Virus record (IMG/VR): IMGVR_UViG_3300014695_000002 | Span: 1 to 64,000 of that record | Direction: 5' to 3' (one strand) | From: a virus | Lineage: Duplodnaviria > Caudoviricetes | DNA: 64,000 bases | Part shown: positions 27,951-37,273 of the stretch, piece by piece | How the letters are laid out: the number at the start of each line of letters is the position of its first letter | Position numbering within the stretch: the first letter of the stretch is position 1 | Notes under the pieces: model-generated | The model's database searches: none | What the model was told of the DNA's origin: nothing | Seen by the model: only the letters and a program-made list of their open reading frames with translations | Translations under genes and position numbers: made by a program

Positions 27951-28172
27951 ATGAAAGTAGAATCGCAATACACAATTGAAGGTAAAGTTGTTACTAAAGA
28001 GTTTGAAAACAGTGAGATTATTGTTTACGATCATACAGTAGACTACGATCGTCAGGTTATATACTTCGTCTCTAAGAAGTCTGGTAAGGTAATGTTCAAG
28101 CAAGATATTACGGCTAGCGAGGGGCAGGGTTGCGGTTTTATTAGTGGTATTACATATATCAAGGTAGATTAA
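27951..28172 (+). CDS. hypothetical protein
   Basis: Abutting ORF. Confidence 0.65.
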   Translation: MKVESQYTIEGKVVTKEFENSEIIVYDHTVDYDRQVIYFVSKKSGKVMFKQDITASEGQGCGFISGITYIKVD

Positions 28173-28463
28173 ATGGCAAATCAAACAGGCTACGGTATCA
28201 ACTACGGCTCAGATGAATCAACCACTAACCCAGGAGAACCCGATATGCCCACTACCAACCAAGCAACCCTAGAAATGAACGATAGCCTTATCCTGCAAGG
28301 CTCTACTCTCAAGGCTACTGTGCAGACAGATAACATCCCTGTATATGTTCATACAATGCCTTCTGGCAAGCTTATCATTGTCCAACAAGCAGGTGAAGCA
28401 GGTGTTGCTGTCATTGAGCTTGAAGAGGCTGGGAAGGCTCTGGTTAAGGAGGTGTTGGGATGA
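28173..28463 (+). CDS. hypothetical protein
   Basis: Abutting ORF. Confidence 0.65.
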   Translation: MANQTGYGINYGSDESTTNPGEPDMPTTNQATLEMNDSLILQGSTLKATVQTDNIPVYVHTMPSGKLIIVQQAGEAGVAVIELEEAGKALVKEVLG

Positions 28464-28954
28464 GTTGGTTCAGCAATCTATTCAAATGGCCCGAAGATCA
28501 TCCAGCAAGCCCGTCTCGGCAAGTTGAAGTAACTCCACGTATTAAGCTACCAAAACAGATATCGGAGCCTGTGATTAGCTTTGTTGAGACTTTTAAGGCT
28601 AATCCTGGCAGGTTCTCTATTGTACTTGGTCAAGATATGATCCTTGGTAAAAAGGGTGATAAATTTTATGGTTATGAGTATACTGAAGGACCTCTTACAC
28701 ATCTTAAGCTAGTAGATAAGAAAGCAAAGCTTGAATGGAACTTTGCTTTACGATCAAAACAAGGTTACTTTGTTAGTGAGTATTTTCCACACCCGCTTTG
28801 GAGTTATCCTAAATTCCTCTCTGAAGATGAGGCACATTTTATCTTTGATGAGGTCAGAAAGGTTTATGAGAAAAGAGCAGAGCGATTGAAATCAATCTTT
28901 AACACTAAAGAACGTGAAGCTTTGAAGAAGGTATACTGTCGTGACTCTATATAA
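28460..28954 (+). CDS. hypothetical protein
   Basis: GGAGG RBS; ATGA overlap. Confidence 0.7.
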   Translation: MSWFSNLFKWPEDHPASPSRQVEVTPRIKLPKQISEPVISFVETFKANPGRFSIVLGQDMILGKKGDKFYGYEYTEGPLTHLKLVDKKAKLEWNFALRSKQGYFVSEYFPHPLWSYPKFLSEDEAHFIFDEVRKVYEKRAERLKSIFNTKEREALKKVYCRDSI

Positions 28955-29123
28955 CAAACAACGCCACAAAGCTCTCTTAGACGACACAGACAAGACCATC
29001 CAGGCAAGCAGGTATTGGCAGAAGCATTACTGGTCACACACGTCTGTAGCTATCCTTGTAGGAGCTTTGGCTGTGATTGTGCCTTATGTGCTGGTTGTGT
29101 TGGTAATTTGTTAGAGAAAACTC

Positions 29124-29152
29124 TTGACAAGCTATCCCAACCACCCTATACT
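29124..29152 (+). promoter_or_regulatory. sigma70-type early promoter
   Basis: TTGACA-N17-TATACT. Confidence 0.8.
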
Positions 29153-29185
29153 CCTCACATACAAACACAGAGCAGGAGCTTTCAT

Positions 29186-29326
29186 ATGAAAACTGTATTC
29201 AATCTGGGTGGTTGGGTTGTCAAAGAACGTAGTGAGGCTTGCTATCTTGTCTATATGAAAGGGAGCAGGATGCTGTATGCTTGCAAAGGATCATTCTCTG
29301 AAGCTGTGGCTTATTGCTATAGCTAG
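29186..29326 (+). CDS. hypothetical protein (46 aa)
   Basis: AGGAG RBS; single gene between promoter and terminator. Confidence 0.65.
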   Translation: MKTVFNLGGWVVKERSEACYLVYMKGSRMLYACKGSFSEAVAYCYS

Positions 29327-29334
29327 GATATGTC

Positions 29335-29360
29335 GCCCTCTTAACTGAGGGCTTTTGTTT
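29335..29360 (+). terminator. intrinsic terminator
   Basis: GCCCTC-TTAACT-GAGGGC-TTTTGTTT. Confidence 0.8.
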
Positions 29361-29420
29361 AGCATGTTTTATTGTAAATTATGGATTAGCTATAATTCTA
29401 TATAATTTGAAGGAGGAAAC

Positions 29421-29816
29421 ATGGAAATTAAAGGTAATGTCACTTTGTCTCGTGACAACCGCAACATTGTTACTATTGAAATTCAAGATCAGCAGTCTCG
29501 TTCCAAGTTTGTCAAGATTTGTCTCACACTTGAGAATTTCGCTCTTATGATGACGGGGATGAGTCATGTCGAGTGCGAAGGAAGGGTAAGGGATTTACAT
29601 GCTGTTGGTAAGAATAAAATTTCTGAATTTCGTAGAGTTGAAATTCCATCTAGTATGGTCTATGATCGTGTTGTGATTGAAAACTATGTTAGGGAGAACT
29701 TTCAAGAGGATGGTTGGCAAATCAACATCGCTCTTGTCAGTCATCGCTCAATAGATAATGAAGGTGGTAAGAAATTTGTGAACTACTCTGTGTTTAAATA
29801 TGAGGATGTCAAATGA
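29421..29816 (+). CDS. hypothetical protein
   Basis: AGGAGG RBS. Confidence 0.7.
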   Translation: MEIKGNVTLSRDNRNIVTIEIQDQQSRSKFVKICLTLENFALMMTGMSHVECEGRVRDLHAVGKNKISEFRRVEIPSSMVYDRVVIENYVRENFQEDGWQINIALVSHRSIDNEGGKKFVNYSVFKYEDVK

Positions 29817-29983
29817 ACCCTTGTAAAGTTTGTGGAAGCTATGATCTAAATGTTCGAGCTTTCAAGTACGCCTTTGATGTTTATTATATAGTTGAATGTG
29901 TGCACTGCCGTAATAAAAAGGCCTCATGGACAGAGGAGGAGGCCAGAGAAAATTGGAATCAAGAGCAAAAATCCGATGACTAA
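29813..29983 (+). CDS. Lar-like (restriction alleviation family) zinc-ribbon protein, 56 aa
   Basis: Hand-translated MNPCKVCGS..YIVECVHC..EEEARENWN; not in ORF track. Confidence 0.55.
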   Translation: MNPCKVCGSYDLNVRAFKYAFDVYYIVECVHCRNKKASWTEEEARENWNQEQKSDD

Positions 29984-30029
29984 ACAACATATCAAGATTG
30001 GTGAAAAGTAAGACTGATGGTGAAGAGTT

Positions 30030-30572
30030 TTGGGCAGATCGTTGGGAATTGAGGGAGGTGGAGTGATGAATAACGAAGCATATCAGCATGTAATCGATTG
30101 GTGTGAAGCTAACAAAGAGAACGTCAATGTGAAAGGTCAACGTGATCATGTAATGCTGAATCTTAACAATTGGATCAAAGGTCAGTTTGAAAAAGACAAG
30201 GATCACAAGTTCTGCAAACAATGTGGTTGTGTATACTTCCAAGACCTAGAACGAAATGAGTGTTTTCATTGTGACTTCTGGATAAAACGTCTTGGTAAAT
30301 ATGTCTCACAGAAAACCAGCAATAAAATGATGTTGGTTATTGATGGACACATCTACTCTGATGCAGGCGCTACCCATCCGAGTCAGTCTAAACGCTATAA
30401 TGGGTTTGGTGGCTCGGTATTTACTATCAAGCTTAAAGAGACAGGTGAAGTATGGACTACTAATAATCTATGGCATGGTGGAGATATCCCTCCTAGCTTC
30501 TATGAGAAGATGCCAGATAATGCAGAGTTTATTAAAGAGAAAGAAGTAGACTATCAGGAGATGTTTAAATGA
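30030..30572 (+). CDS. hypothetical zinc-finger protein
   Basis: CKQCG..CFHCDFW; GFGG..TNNLWHGGDIP. Confidence 0.7.
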   Translation: MGRSLGIEGGGVMNNEAYQHVIDWCEANKENVNVKGQRDHVMLNLNNWIKGQFEKDKDHKFCKQCGCVYFQDLERNECFHCDFWIKRLGKYVSQKTSNKMMLVIDGHIYSDAGATHPSQSKRYNGFGGSVFTIKLKETGEVWTTNNLWHGGDIPPSFYEKMPDNAEFIKEKEVDYQEMFK

Positions 30573-30736
30573 ATAGCCTTGACCGTATGTTTATTGCAGA
30601 CTTCTACCTAAAGCGTGAATCTAAGCTCTATGAACCTACTAAGCCAGAGCTACCAGAAGATATCCTAGCACTCTACAAAGAGCGTGATTATGAAGCCTAC
30701 GGGGCTGCTGTGAAGGCTTTCAGGAGTAAGCAATGA
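30569..30736 (+). CDS. hypothetical protein (55 aa)
   Basis: AGGAG RBS; MNSLDRMFIADFYLKRE. Confidence 0.5.
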   Translation: MNSLDRMFIADFYLKRESKLYEPTKPELPEDILALYKERDYEAYGAAVKAFRSKQ

Positions 30737-30880
30737 TAATCCCTGGCTGGAGCTATGGTAAGCCTTGTGCAAGACACAATGAGGTATTGGCTATGGCAGG
30801 TAAGTATTTACAACAATTTAAAATAAAAGACCTTAAAGAAGACTTAGAAAGAGCAGAGAAAGCAATAGAGGAGATTAGAC

Positions 30881-31462
30881 GTGCCCAGAGAATTAATCGA
30901 CGTTGAAACAGGAGAGGTGTTTGAGGAACGAACTAAGAAAGACCCACCACCAGAAGCCTCTACACTTCAATACCTTGGCATAGATGTTAAACACCCATCA
31001 GAGTGTGTGACAAAGGATAGCTTCTTAGAAAGTCTCAAGAACCTTGATGCTTGCTTACACTACAAAGTTGATATTGACTTGGAGATGCTAACTGAAGCTG
31101 TCATTAGGAAGATGATTAGTGTACAAGAGCTTGCTGTATTCAGATACATTTGCAAGAAGGTTGTAGGCTGGAATTACTTTATTGGAAATGTAAAAGAGTT
31201 TTCTAAGGTAGTTGATCCTAACAACTTATCTCGTTGTCTTGCTAAGCTTGAAGAGAACAGGTATATAGAGATAACACATAGAAATAAACCGTTCAGAGGT
31301 GATATAGTTATTAAAGCTAATCCTTTCTATGTTTGGAAAGGAACTTACAAGTTTAAGCTTTCAAGTGTTGAACATTGGTATTCACCTTATAAAAATAAGG
31401 AACCTATTCCCTTATCCTCATCTGTGAGGTATTGGAAGACTTCAAACACCGATAAAGACTGA
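30881..31462 (+). CDS. RepL-like winged-helix protein (putative replication or regulatory)
   Basis: LIDVETGEV start; NNLSRCLAKLEENRYI HTH; ANPFYVWKG motif. Confidence 0.6.
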   Translation: MPRELIDVETGEVFEERTKKDPPPEASTLQYLGIDVKHPSECVTKDSFLESLKNLDACLHYKVDIDLEMLTEAVIRKMISVQELAVFRYICKKVVGWNYFIGNVKEFSKVVDPNNLSRCLAKLEENRYIEITHRNKPFRGDIVIKANPFYVWKGTYKFKLSSVEHWYSPYKNKEPIPLSSSVRYWKTSNTDKD

Positions 31463-31907
31463 ACTTGCAAATCTCCTTCTGTATTAATATAGGGATAAGA
31501 ATGAAGATGACAATAAATATGGATAAAATATACTGATAACTATCATTTTATGTCATTATTTTGACAACGTAAGTTGGTCAAATAGAGGGCTCTAAATGAG
31601 CCCTTGAGTGGCTGAGAGTATAGTAAACACAATACTTAGAGGTTACTTTATGTCGATTACACTTTTGGTCTGGAATTGAGTCAAAATAACTACAAATGGA
31701 TGATCTCCCTACAACTATCTCTATTTGCTAAGCACGGCAACCTCTCGATAGACAAATTCTATCCACAACTTTCACACAATAGCCTCCCTAAATAACCCCA
31801 ATCAATAGATTTTAGCAACCAAACAACAGATAACAATAGAGATTGTTAATAAATAGGGAATTTATTACAACAGCTCTTTTAATAGAAATCTTTGTGAAAG
31901 AATCTTG

Positions 31908-31936
31908 TTGACGCGGTAGGAGAGAATGGAGATAAT
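31908..31936 (+). promoter_or_regulatory. sigma70-type early promoter
   Basis: TTGACG-N17-GATAAT. Confidence 0.7.
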
Positions 31937-31989
31937 AACTCCATCAAGACGAGACACGCAGTCTAGTCAAACAAGCCAGGAGCTACACC

Positions 31990-32175
31990 ATGATCATTGC
32001 AGCCTACGCTCTGATGACTGTTACTATCATCAACGGTGAAGAGTATGAAGCTATCCCTGCTGTATATGACTCTTACAAGGAGTGTCGTGTAGCTGAGGAT
32101 AAGATCACCAAGAATTACTATGAGACTTCTTGCTTCTACTCTCCTGCTATTAAGGTGAATAAATCTTCTAAATAA
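31990..32175 (+). CDS. small secreted or membrane protein
   Basis: Hydrophobic N-terminus; YDSYKEC..SCFY. Confidence 0.7.
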   Translation: MIIAAYALMTVTIINGEEYEAIPAVYDSYKECRVAEDKITKNYYETSCFYSPAIKVNKSSK

Positions 32176-32178
32176 TCC

Positions 32179-32207
32179 TTGACCTGTTGTGTGCAATCTC
32201 TTATACT
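32179..32207 (+). promoter_or_regulatory. sigma70-type early promoter
   Basis: TTGACC-N17-TATACT. Confidence 0.7.
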
Positions 32208-32253
32208 GAATCCATCAGAGACACAAAGTCTCTGCCAAGCCAGGAGCTACACC

Positions 32254-32391
32254 ATGAGCAGGTATTATGTATCCATGATCGATACCATCACTAACGAAGT
32301 GTTCACTGTGGTAGTGCCTGCTACAAGCCTGCATGAAGCTCGTAGGAGTGCTTGGCTTGACTGGTGGCAGTCAGCTACCCTGGTTCGTTAA
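32254..32391 (+). CDS. hypothetical protein (45 aa)
   Basis: Starts at repeated RBS; MSRYYVSMIDTIT. Confidence 0.65.
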   Translation: MSRYYVSMIDTITNEVFTVVVPATSLHEARRSAWLDWWQSATLVR

Positions 32392-32413
32392 GACCTTATA
32401 GACAGCCTCTCAC

Positions 32414-32461
32414 AGCCTCCTCTATCTCCCTAACAAGGATGTAGCCAGGAGGCTTTCTTTT
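32414..32461 (+). terminator. intrinsic terminator at end of plus-strand early block
   Basis: AGCCTCCT/AGGAGGCT then TTCTTTT. Confidence 0.7.
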
Positions 32462-32712
32462 GCCTAGAGGGTTTATACAACACGTGCTACTAACAGTTTA
32501 TCATGGACTGTATTGGATAGCTTATTATTTATAACTATTAGATCAGAAACCTTCATTCAAATATTTTATAATCATAAATGTTGACTGCAATTTGAATTTG
32601 GGGTACCGTTAAACCGTCGTGCGCTATATCCAGTCAGATTACACAAATCAATTAGCGCCCTCCTAGATATTTTCTCCCATACTCATCCTTGAGTATTAAG
32701 GTTTATGCAAGT

Positions 32713-32928
32713 CTATTTTCCGGGGGTTTGGGAAACATCCCTTTTGATACTGTCTATTTTATCTCTAATTGATTTTTCTAGGTTAATCCATCTCTCGTCT
32801 AACTTACCTCGCTCATATCCTTGTTCGTAGGCTACTTTAATCTTCTTGTCAACATGCTCTAAATAGTTTTGAATATTGAACCAAATAGATACGCCTAGTA
32901 AGAATGAGATAACATAGGTAATCTTCAC
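32713..32928 (-). CDS. small membrane-anchored protein
   Basis: N-terminal TM; AYEQGYERG. Confidence 0.6.
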   Translation of the reverse strand: MKITYVISFLLGVSIWFNIQNYLEHVDKKIKVAYEQGYERGKLDERWINLEKSIRDKIDSIKRDVSQTPGK

Positions 32929-33167
32929 TTCTTATTCTCCTTGTCTTTCAGTTGTTGTGCATAGGCAAAGACAAGACCAGCACTATAACCTGTTAGCTGA
33001 CCTTTACTATAGCCATCTGAATAACCTTTCTTGTACTCCTCTTTCATTCTTTCAGCAAGAGATAATATTACTCTGTCACTACTTTCTTGCTGGTATTTGT
33101 AAACAAGTGCTGCTGCAATTAAGATCAATGCTATTGCTACTGGATATGAAATGTCTTTCACTTCCAT
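32925..33167 (-). CDS. small membrane-anchored protein
   Basis: TM then GYSDGYSKG repeats. Confidence 0.6.
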   Translation of the reverse strand: MEVKDISYPVAIALILIAAALVYKYQQESSDRVILSLAERMKEEYKKGYSDGYSKGQLTGYSAGLVFAYAQQLKDKENKK

Positions 33168-33409
33168 TCCCTCCTCATATTAACTTTCTTCTCTCGTGTA
33201 GGCAGCATGCTATCCTCTGCCCATTTGTAAAGCTCGTATTCAAAGTCTTCTATATTGAAATAGTCTTCCTCAATGTATTCTATATAGGGATTTGGATAGT
33301 AGTCAAGAAAGTATAGTTCTTCTATCCATTCCTTCAAGACAGCCTTAGCCCACTCTTCGGTTTCATAGCCTTCACTGACTATTTCAAGGTTGTCCATTAT
33401 GTAATACAT
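33158..33409 (-). CDS. hypothetical acidic protein
   Basis: Overlapping ORF. Confidence 0.6.
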   Translation of the reverse strand: MYYIMDNLEIVSEGYETEEWAKAVLKEWIEELYFLDYYPNPYIEYIEEDYFNIEDFEYELYKWAEDSMLPTREKKVNMRREWK

Positions 33410-33549
33410 CTACCCCTACCTCATGCAATTTCTATTCCGACTCACCCACCAATCTTTCCCAAGCCAAGGATACTTCCAAAACAGCTTACGCCTAAGGCTT
33501 CGTTCAAGGTAATCAAGTCGTGCCTCACGTCTGCGTTTGAATGGTTTCA

Positions 33550-33966
33550 TCACTCAATCCTATTAACAACCCTGTGCAAGTTAACACCAGCCATAATCAA
33601 ATCAATCTTACGTGGTGTCACCTTCAATACATTCAATGCTTCTTCCAATATTTCATCACACCTCTTCCTTGAGATATTTACTTTAACAATCTTCCCTGAA
33701 TCTTGGTGGTAGGTGAGCATTTGTTCTACACAAAGTTTATCATGGACGCAGAACGCCTGTCCACAATTCTCTTCCCAAGGAGAGATGATACTCCATAATG
33801 ACTTAGGGATGCTACCACCATCGAACAGGAAGCCTTTAGGGATGTCAACTGTTATACCACTGCCCAAATGATCTACATCATAAAAGAACGGAGTGATTAC
33901 TTCCCACACAGATTCTGAGTGATAGCGTAGGTCTAACTGGCTTGAGAACCTAGTGAATGAACTCAC
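33550..33966 (-). CDS. DUF1353 family protein
   Basis: IPKGFLFDGGSIPK..AFCVHDKLC..SRKRCDEILEEAL. Confidence 0.85.
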   Translation of the reverse strand: MSSFTRFSSQLDLRYHSESVWEVITPFFYDVDHLGSGITVDIPKGFLFDGGSIPKSLWSIISPWEENCGQAFCVHDKLCVEQMLTYHQDSGKIVKVNISRKRCDEILEEALNVLKVTPRKIDLIMAGVNLHRVVNRIE

Positions 33967-34130
33967 TTATTATAACTCCTTAGCACAATATCATCAAGGA
34001 CATCTCTAAGCTCTTTCATCTGAGAGAATGTCATCTCATATTTGTATTGCTTGAGAGTAGCTAGAGCATTCTTGATATGCTGGTTTGTGTAATGTGTTTG
34101 TACGTCTTGTTTGGATTTAAGGTTCATTAA

Positions 34131-34409
34131 TTACTCCCCCAATTTATTATACTTGGTCCACAAACCTCTCTTTACCACAGAAATGTAGGTAATATCTTGA
34201 TTTTGGTGGTACACGAACCACTTTGGAGAATCCGCTATAAAGTCTTTTAGATGGATAGGTAAAACTAGAAAGTAGCTTTCTGGAGTGAACCAATCAGGGA
34301 TAGTTATTTTTTCCAAAAATACAGACCACAGTTCTTTTTCAAGTGACTTTGCCTCGGTCGGAATACCGCTACCGAAAAATGTTCCTGTGTTTCTAAGGTC
34401 AACTGACAT
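34131..34409 (-). CDS. hypothetical protein
   Basis: Operon ORF. Confidence 0.6.
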   Translation of the reverse strand: MSVDLRNTGTFFGSGIPTEAKSLEKELWSVFLEKITIPDWFTPESYFLVLPIHLKDFIADSPKWFVYHQNQDITYISVVKRGLWTKYNKLGE

Positions 34410-34623
34410 AATACACCCTCTCGCCTGCCTCTACCATCTTCTGAATATATCGACTACCTGAGCTACCAGATGATGGGATGTAAAATCCCTTCCTATCTTT
34501 GAGTACAGTAAATAGGCTGCCTTCCATTTCTACCATACTCAGACTGTTAACGATCTGGAAATTTGAATGGTATAGTTCAGTCTTACCGTTGCTGATTAGA
34601 ATCTTAATTTGTTTTGTGTTCAT
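34399..34623 (-). CDS. hypothetical protein
   Basis: Operon ORF. Confidence 0.6.
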   Translation of the reverse strand: MNTKQIKILISNGKTELYHSNFQIVNSLSMVEMEGSLFTVLKDRKGFYIPSSGSSGSRYIQKMVEAGERVYYVS

Positions 34624-34805
34624 TTTCTATCTTCTCCTCGTTCAAATTCTCTACACTTAACTTCCTTTAGATTGTCTTCTTTAAAAACATGTATAACCTT
34701 CATTTCTGTAAATGGCAGATGATTACATTTTCGGTGTAGGTGTGTGCAGGTTAAGCACATGAAACCCCTCGGCACATGTGTGATGTCTTTCATTTTCTGT
34801 TCCAC
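34620..34805 (-). CDS. small Cys-rich phage protein
   Basis: THVPRGFMCLTC..KCNHLPF..KCREF. Confidence 0.65.
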   Translation of the reverse strand: MEQKMKDITHVPRGFMCLTCTHLHRKCNHLPFTEMKVIHVFKEDNLKEVKCREFERGEDRK

Positions 34806-34973
34806 ACTAAATCCAACACCTCTTTCTTAAGATTGTCAGGAATCTCTTTGCTCAAGTTAATCTTGCTGGTGATCCCACGTCGTATTGTGCTGTCAATATC
34901 CCTTACTTGCCCTTCAAGCTGAGCAATACGTTTCAGTAGCTTGTCACGGTCAATATCAATCATAGTCATTCTC

Positions 34974-35213
34974 CTAACCGTAGTAGCTATGGGTGCGTCT
35001 GGTCGATTCAGAGCATTTTAGACAGATAGTACACTGATTGTAAAATTCTGTATAGGCTTTATTGTAATAGTCACCTTCATAGTAGCGCTCTTTAGCTACC
35101 AAGTACTCTCCAGGGTGATGACATTGGGCTTCAACTTCACTTTTAAGAAGGTTGTATTTCTCAAGTGCAGCTAGTGCTTGTTTCTTTTTCTTTAGAAGTT
35201 CTTTAGTTTCCAT
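34974..35213 (-). CDS. hypothetical zinc-ribbon protein
   Basis: CHHP..CTICLKC. Confidence 0.65.
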   Translation of the reverse strand: METKELLKKKKQALAALEKYNLLKSEVEAQCHHPGEYLVAKERYYEGDYYNKAYTEFYNQCTICLKCSESTRRTHSYYG

Positions 35214-35225
35214 CTTTAATTCTCC

Positions 35226-35426
35226 TCAATTCAGATTATGGAGACCAACACCATTGCAGCTATCTTCATAGGCAATCACATCCAGCATTGCTCGCTCAAT
35301 TTTCACTTGCTCAGCTCGTAGGACATGCACGGCCCTATTTATTTTACCAGTAAGCAGCTTAGAGTCCTCTCGGGACAGTTTAGCATCGAGAATCATAAGC
35401 AGGTCGATAATGTCGGAATGGGTCAT
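35226..35426 (-). CDS. hypothetical protein
   Basis: Operon ORF. Confidence 0.6.
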   Translation of the reverse strand: MTHSDIIDLLMILDAKLSREDSKLLTGKINRAVHVLRAEQVKIERAMLDVIAYEDSCNGVGLHNLN

Positions 35427-35752
35427 TTTTCATTGCTCCAGTAAAATTCAGCGTTAGTGGGAACGCCTGTCTCTGATTCTACACGTTCTGCGACTAGCTT
35501 GCAGAGAATTTCGTACTGTTCACGCCGGATAAAGTGAGGAAATTTATAGTCTGAATCTTCACCTGACCAAGAGTCAACCTGATCAAAAATTTGCTGACAA
35601 AGACTTAATAGTTCACGGGTCTCTGGAGAAAGAATGCCGTATAGGTAGATTTCGTCAATGAAGACAAATTGCCAACGTAGCTTTTCAAAGTCCCAAACGT
35701 TTTCCATAAGTCCGCTTGACATATAGTCTGGACAAACTTTATACATTTTCAT
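35423..35752 (-). CDS. hypothetical protein
   Basis: Begins YKVCPDYMSSGL. Confidence 0.65.
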   Translation of the reverse strand: MKMYKVCPDYMSSGLMENVWDFEKLRWQFVFIDEIYLYGILSPETRELLSLCQQIFDQVDSWSGEDSDYKFPHFIRREQYEILCKLVAERVESETGVPTNAEFYWSNEK

Positions 35753-35958
35753 CTCTTTCTCCCGTAATTATATTGCTTCTTCAATTCCACCAACACATCC
35801 TCGCATTGTTCACGAGTGAAGTCAAGATATTCTGCATCATTATCTAGAATCTGCATTTCGTCACGACTCTTGAACCAATCTAGGAAGTATTCCTCACCAG
35901 CTATAGAGAATTTAGCTGTGAGGGTGTATGGGTTGTCTGAGAGCGCGATCAGTTTCAT
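35749..35958 (-). CDS. hypothetical protein
   Basis: Operon ORF. Confidence 0.6.
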   Translation of the reverse strand: MKLIALSDNPYTLTAKFSIAGEEYFLDWFKSRDEMQILDNDAEYLDFTREQCEDVLVELKKQYNYGRKR

Positions 35959-36221
35959 TACCAGTCCCTTAACATTATTTTATACCAGTTAAGGGCAGTC
36001 TCTTCAATTGAAAAAGAAACAGATATGGCTTTACCTTCTACTAAAATATCTATACTCCGGCACTCATCAAGTTTAAATCCAAGAATCTTAAAAACCTCGT
36101 GTCGCGGTTTACTGAAAGCTGTAACCTTTGAGGGGTCTATAAGATAACCCTCGTCGCCTATCGAGATGAAACGTCCCATCATATTTTCCTCCTCTTTCAG
36201 ATACAAGAAAAGCCGCCCCAT
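35958..36221 (-). CDS. hypothetical protein (likely start about 36182)
   Basis: GAGGA RBS after promoter. Confidence 0.6.
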   Translation of the reverse strand: MGRLFLYLKEEENMMGRFISIGDEGYLIDPSKVTAFSKPRHEVFKILGFKLDECRSIDILVEGKAISVSFSIEETALNWYKIMLRDW

Positions 36222-36227
36222 GTAAAG

Positions 36228-36256
36228 AGTATCCTCTACACAAGCAGCTTTGTCAA
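36228..36256 (-). promoter_or_regulatory. sigma70-type promoter
   Basis: TTGACA-N17-GATACT. Confidence 0.7.
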
Positions 36257-36257
36257 A

Positions 36258-36752
36258 TTAGTTTTCATTAAATTTCTTAATCGAAACCCCATGTTGTGAT
36301 AGATATTTTAATCCAGAGGTATCACGGTACTCATCCTTGTAGATCACTTGTGTTACACCAGCTTGGTATAGCTGAATACTGCATTCCAAACAGGGGCTGC
36401 TTGTAACGACCACTGTTGCACCCTTTAGGCTCACACCTTCCTTAGCCGCTTTAGCAATGATGTTCCGCTCACTATGAAGGGTTGTGGATTTCGTGACAAG
36501 TTCGTATGGACCACGTTCATCTTCATAGATGTGCTCAGGTCTACGCAAGAATTCACCATTAAGGATCATAGGCGCATAGCGTTTATATTCACAGTCGTTA
36601 TCATCGCCTGATGCAGTACCGTTCCAAGAATACAGCATAACATCATCTGGTGTGATCGCAACACTACCGACTTTGAGACGCTTAGCTGAGGATAGGGATG
36701 CAAAACTCTCAGCACACTTCATGTAGATAGGAATCATCTTATCCTTAATCAT
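36258..36752 (-). CDS. dCMP deaminase
   Basis: RLKVGSV, SWNGT, LHSERN, SPCLEC, QAGV. Confidence 0.9.
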   Translation of the reverse strand: MIKDKMIPIYMKCAESFASLSSAKRLKVGSVAITPDDVMLYSWNGTASGDDNDCEYKRYAPMILNGEFLRRPEHIYEDERGPYELVTKSTTLHSERNIIAKAAKEGVSLKGATVVVTSSPCLECSIQLYQAGVTQVIYKDEYRDTSGLKYLSQHGVSIKKFNEN

Positions 36753-36948
36753 CTTTATTCAACTCCACTAGATCACCTACCCATCGAGCATAGAACGGAT
36801 ATCGTCCAACATCAACACCGCATTCACCGAAAGCAAAATACTGACATTCCCTAACATCTTCTGGAATGGTCAAGACTTCTCCTGTCTTATTGCATTTGAA
36901 TCTACGACCAACCCATATTTTGCGAAACTTCTCTAAATTGGTCATCAC
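36745..36948 (-). CDS. hypothetical protein
   Basis: Operon ORF. Confidence 0.6.
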   Translation of the reverse strand: MMTNLEKFRKIWVGRRFKCNKTGEVLTIPEDVRECQYFAFGECGVDVGRYPFYARWVGDLVELNKDD

Positions 36949-37175
36949 ACGTCTACAACCACGAGGCTAAAGAAATCCAATGCACCTGTCTGATGCTTCT
37001 GTTCAAGATCATGAAGACTATTTTGAGACAGAAGGTCATAGACATCTTCGTCTTGATTGTAAACACCTTCATCCGCAGTGGTGTAGACCAAAGGAATTGC
37101 TGTCACGCCGTCTGCATTACGGAGAGCTAAGCGGGCATCAGGACCATATAGGCGAACCATGTCAGATAGCTTCAT
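36945..37175 (-). CDS. hypothetical protein
   Basis: AGGAG RBS. Confidence 0.6.
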   Translation of the reverse strand: MKLSDMVRLYGPDARLALRNADGVTAIPLVYTTADEGVYNQDEDVYDLLSQNSLHDLEQKHQTGALDFFSLVVVDV

Positions 37176-37273
37176 TTCATACTCCTACAAATACTAGAAA
37201 GGTTAGGACTTCGTAGAGCATTAGACTACGTTCAAACAAAATTTGCAAGGGTAATTGCTGGCTTAGTTCGTAT

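Larger units (their letters stand above)
31972..32257 (+). repeat. 22-nt direct repeat of leader/RBS (31972-31993 and 32236-32257)
   Basis: CAAGCCAGGAGCTACACCATGA identical in both copies. Confidence 0.9.
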
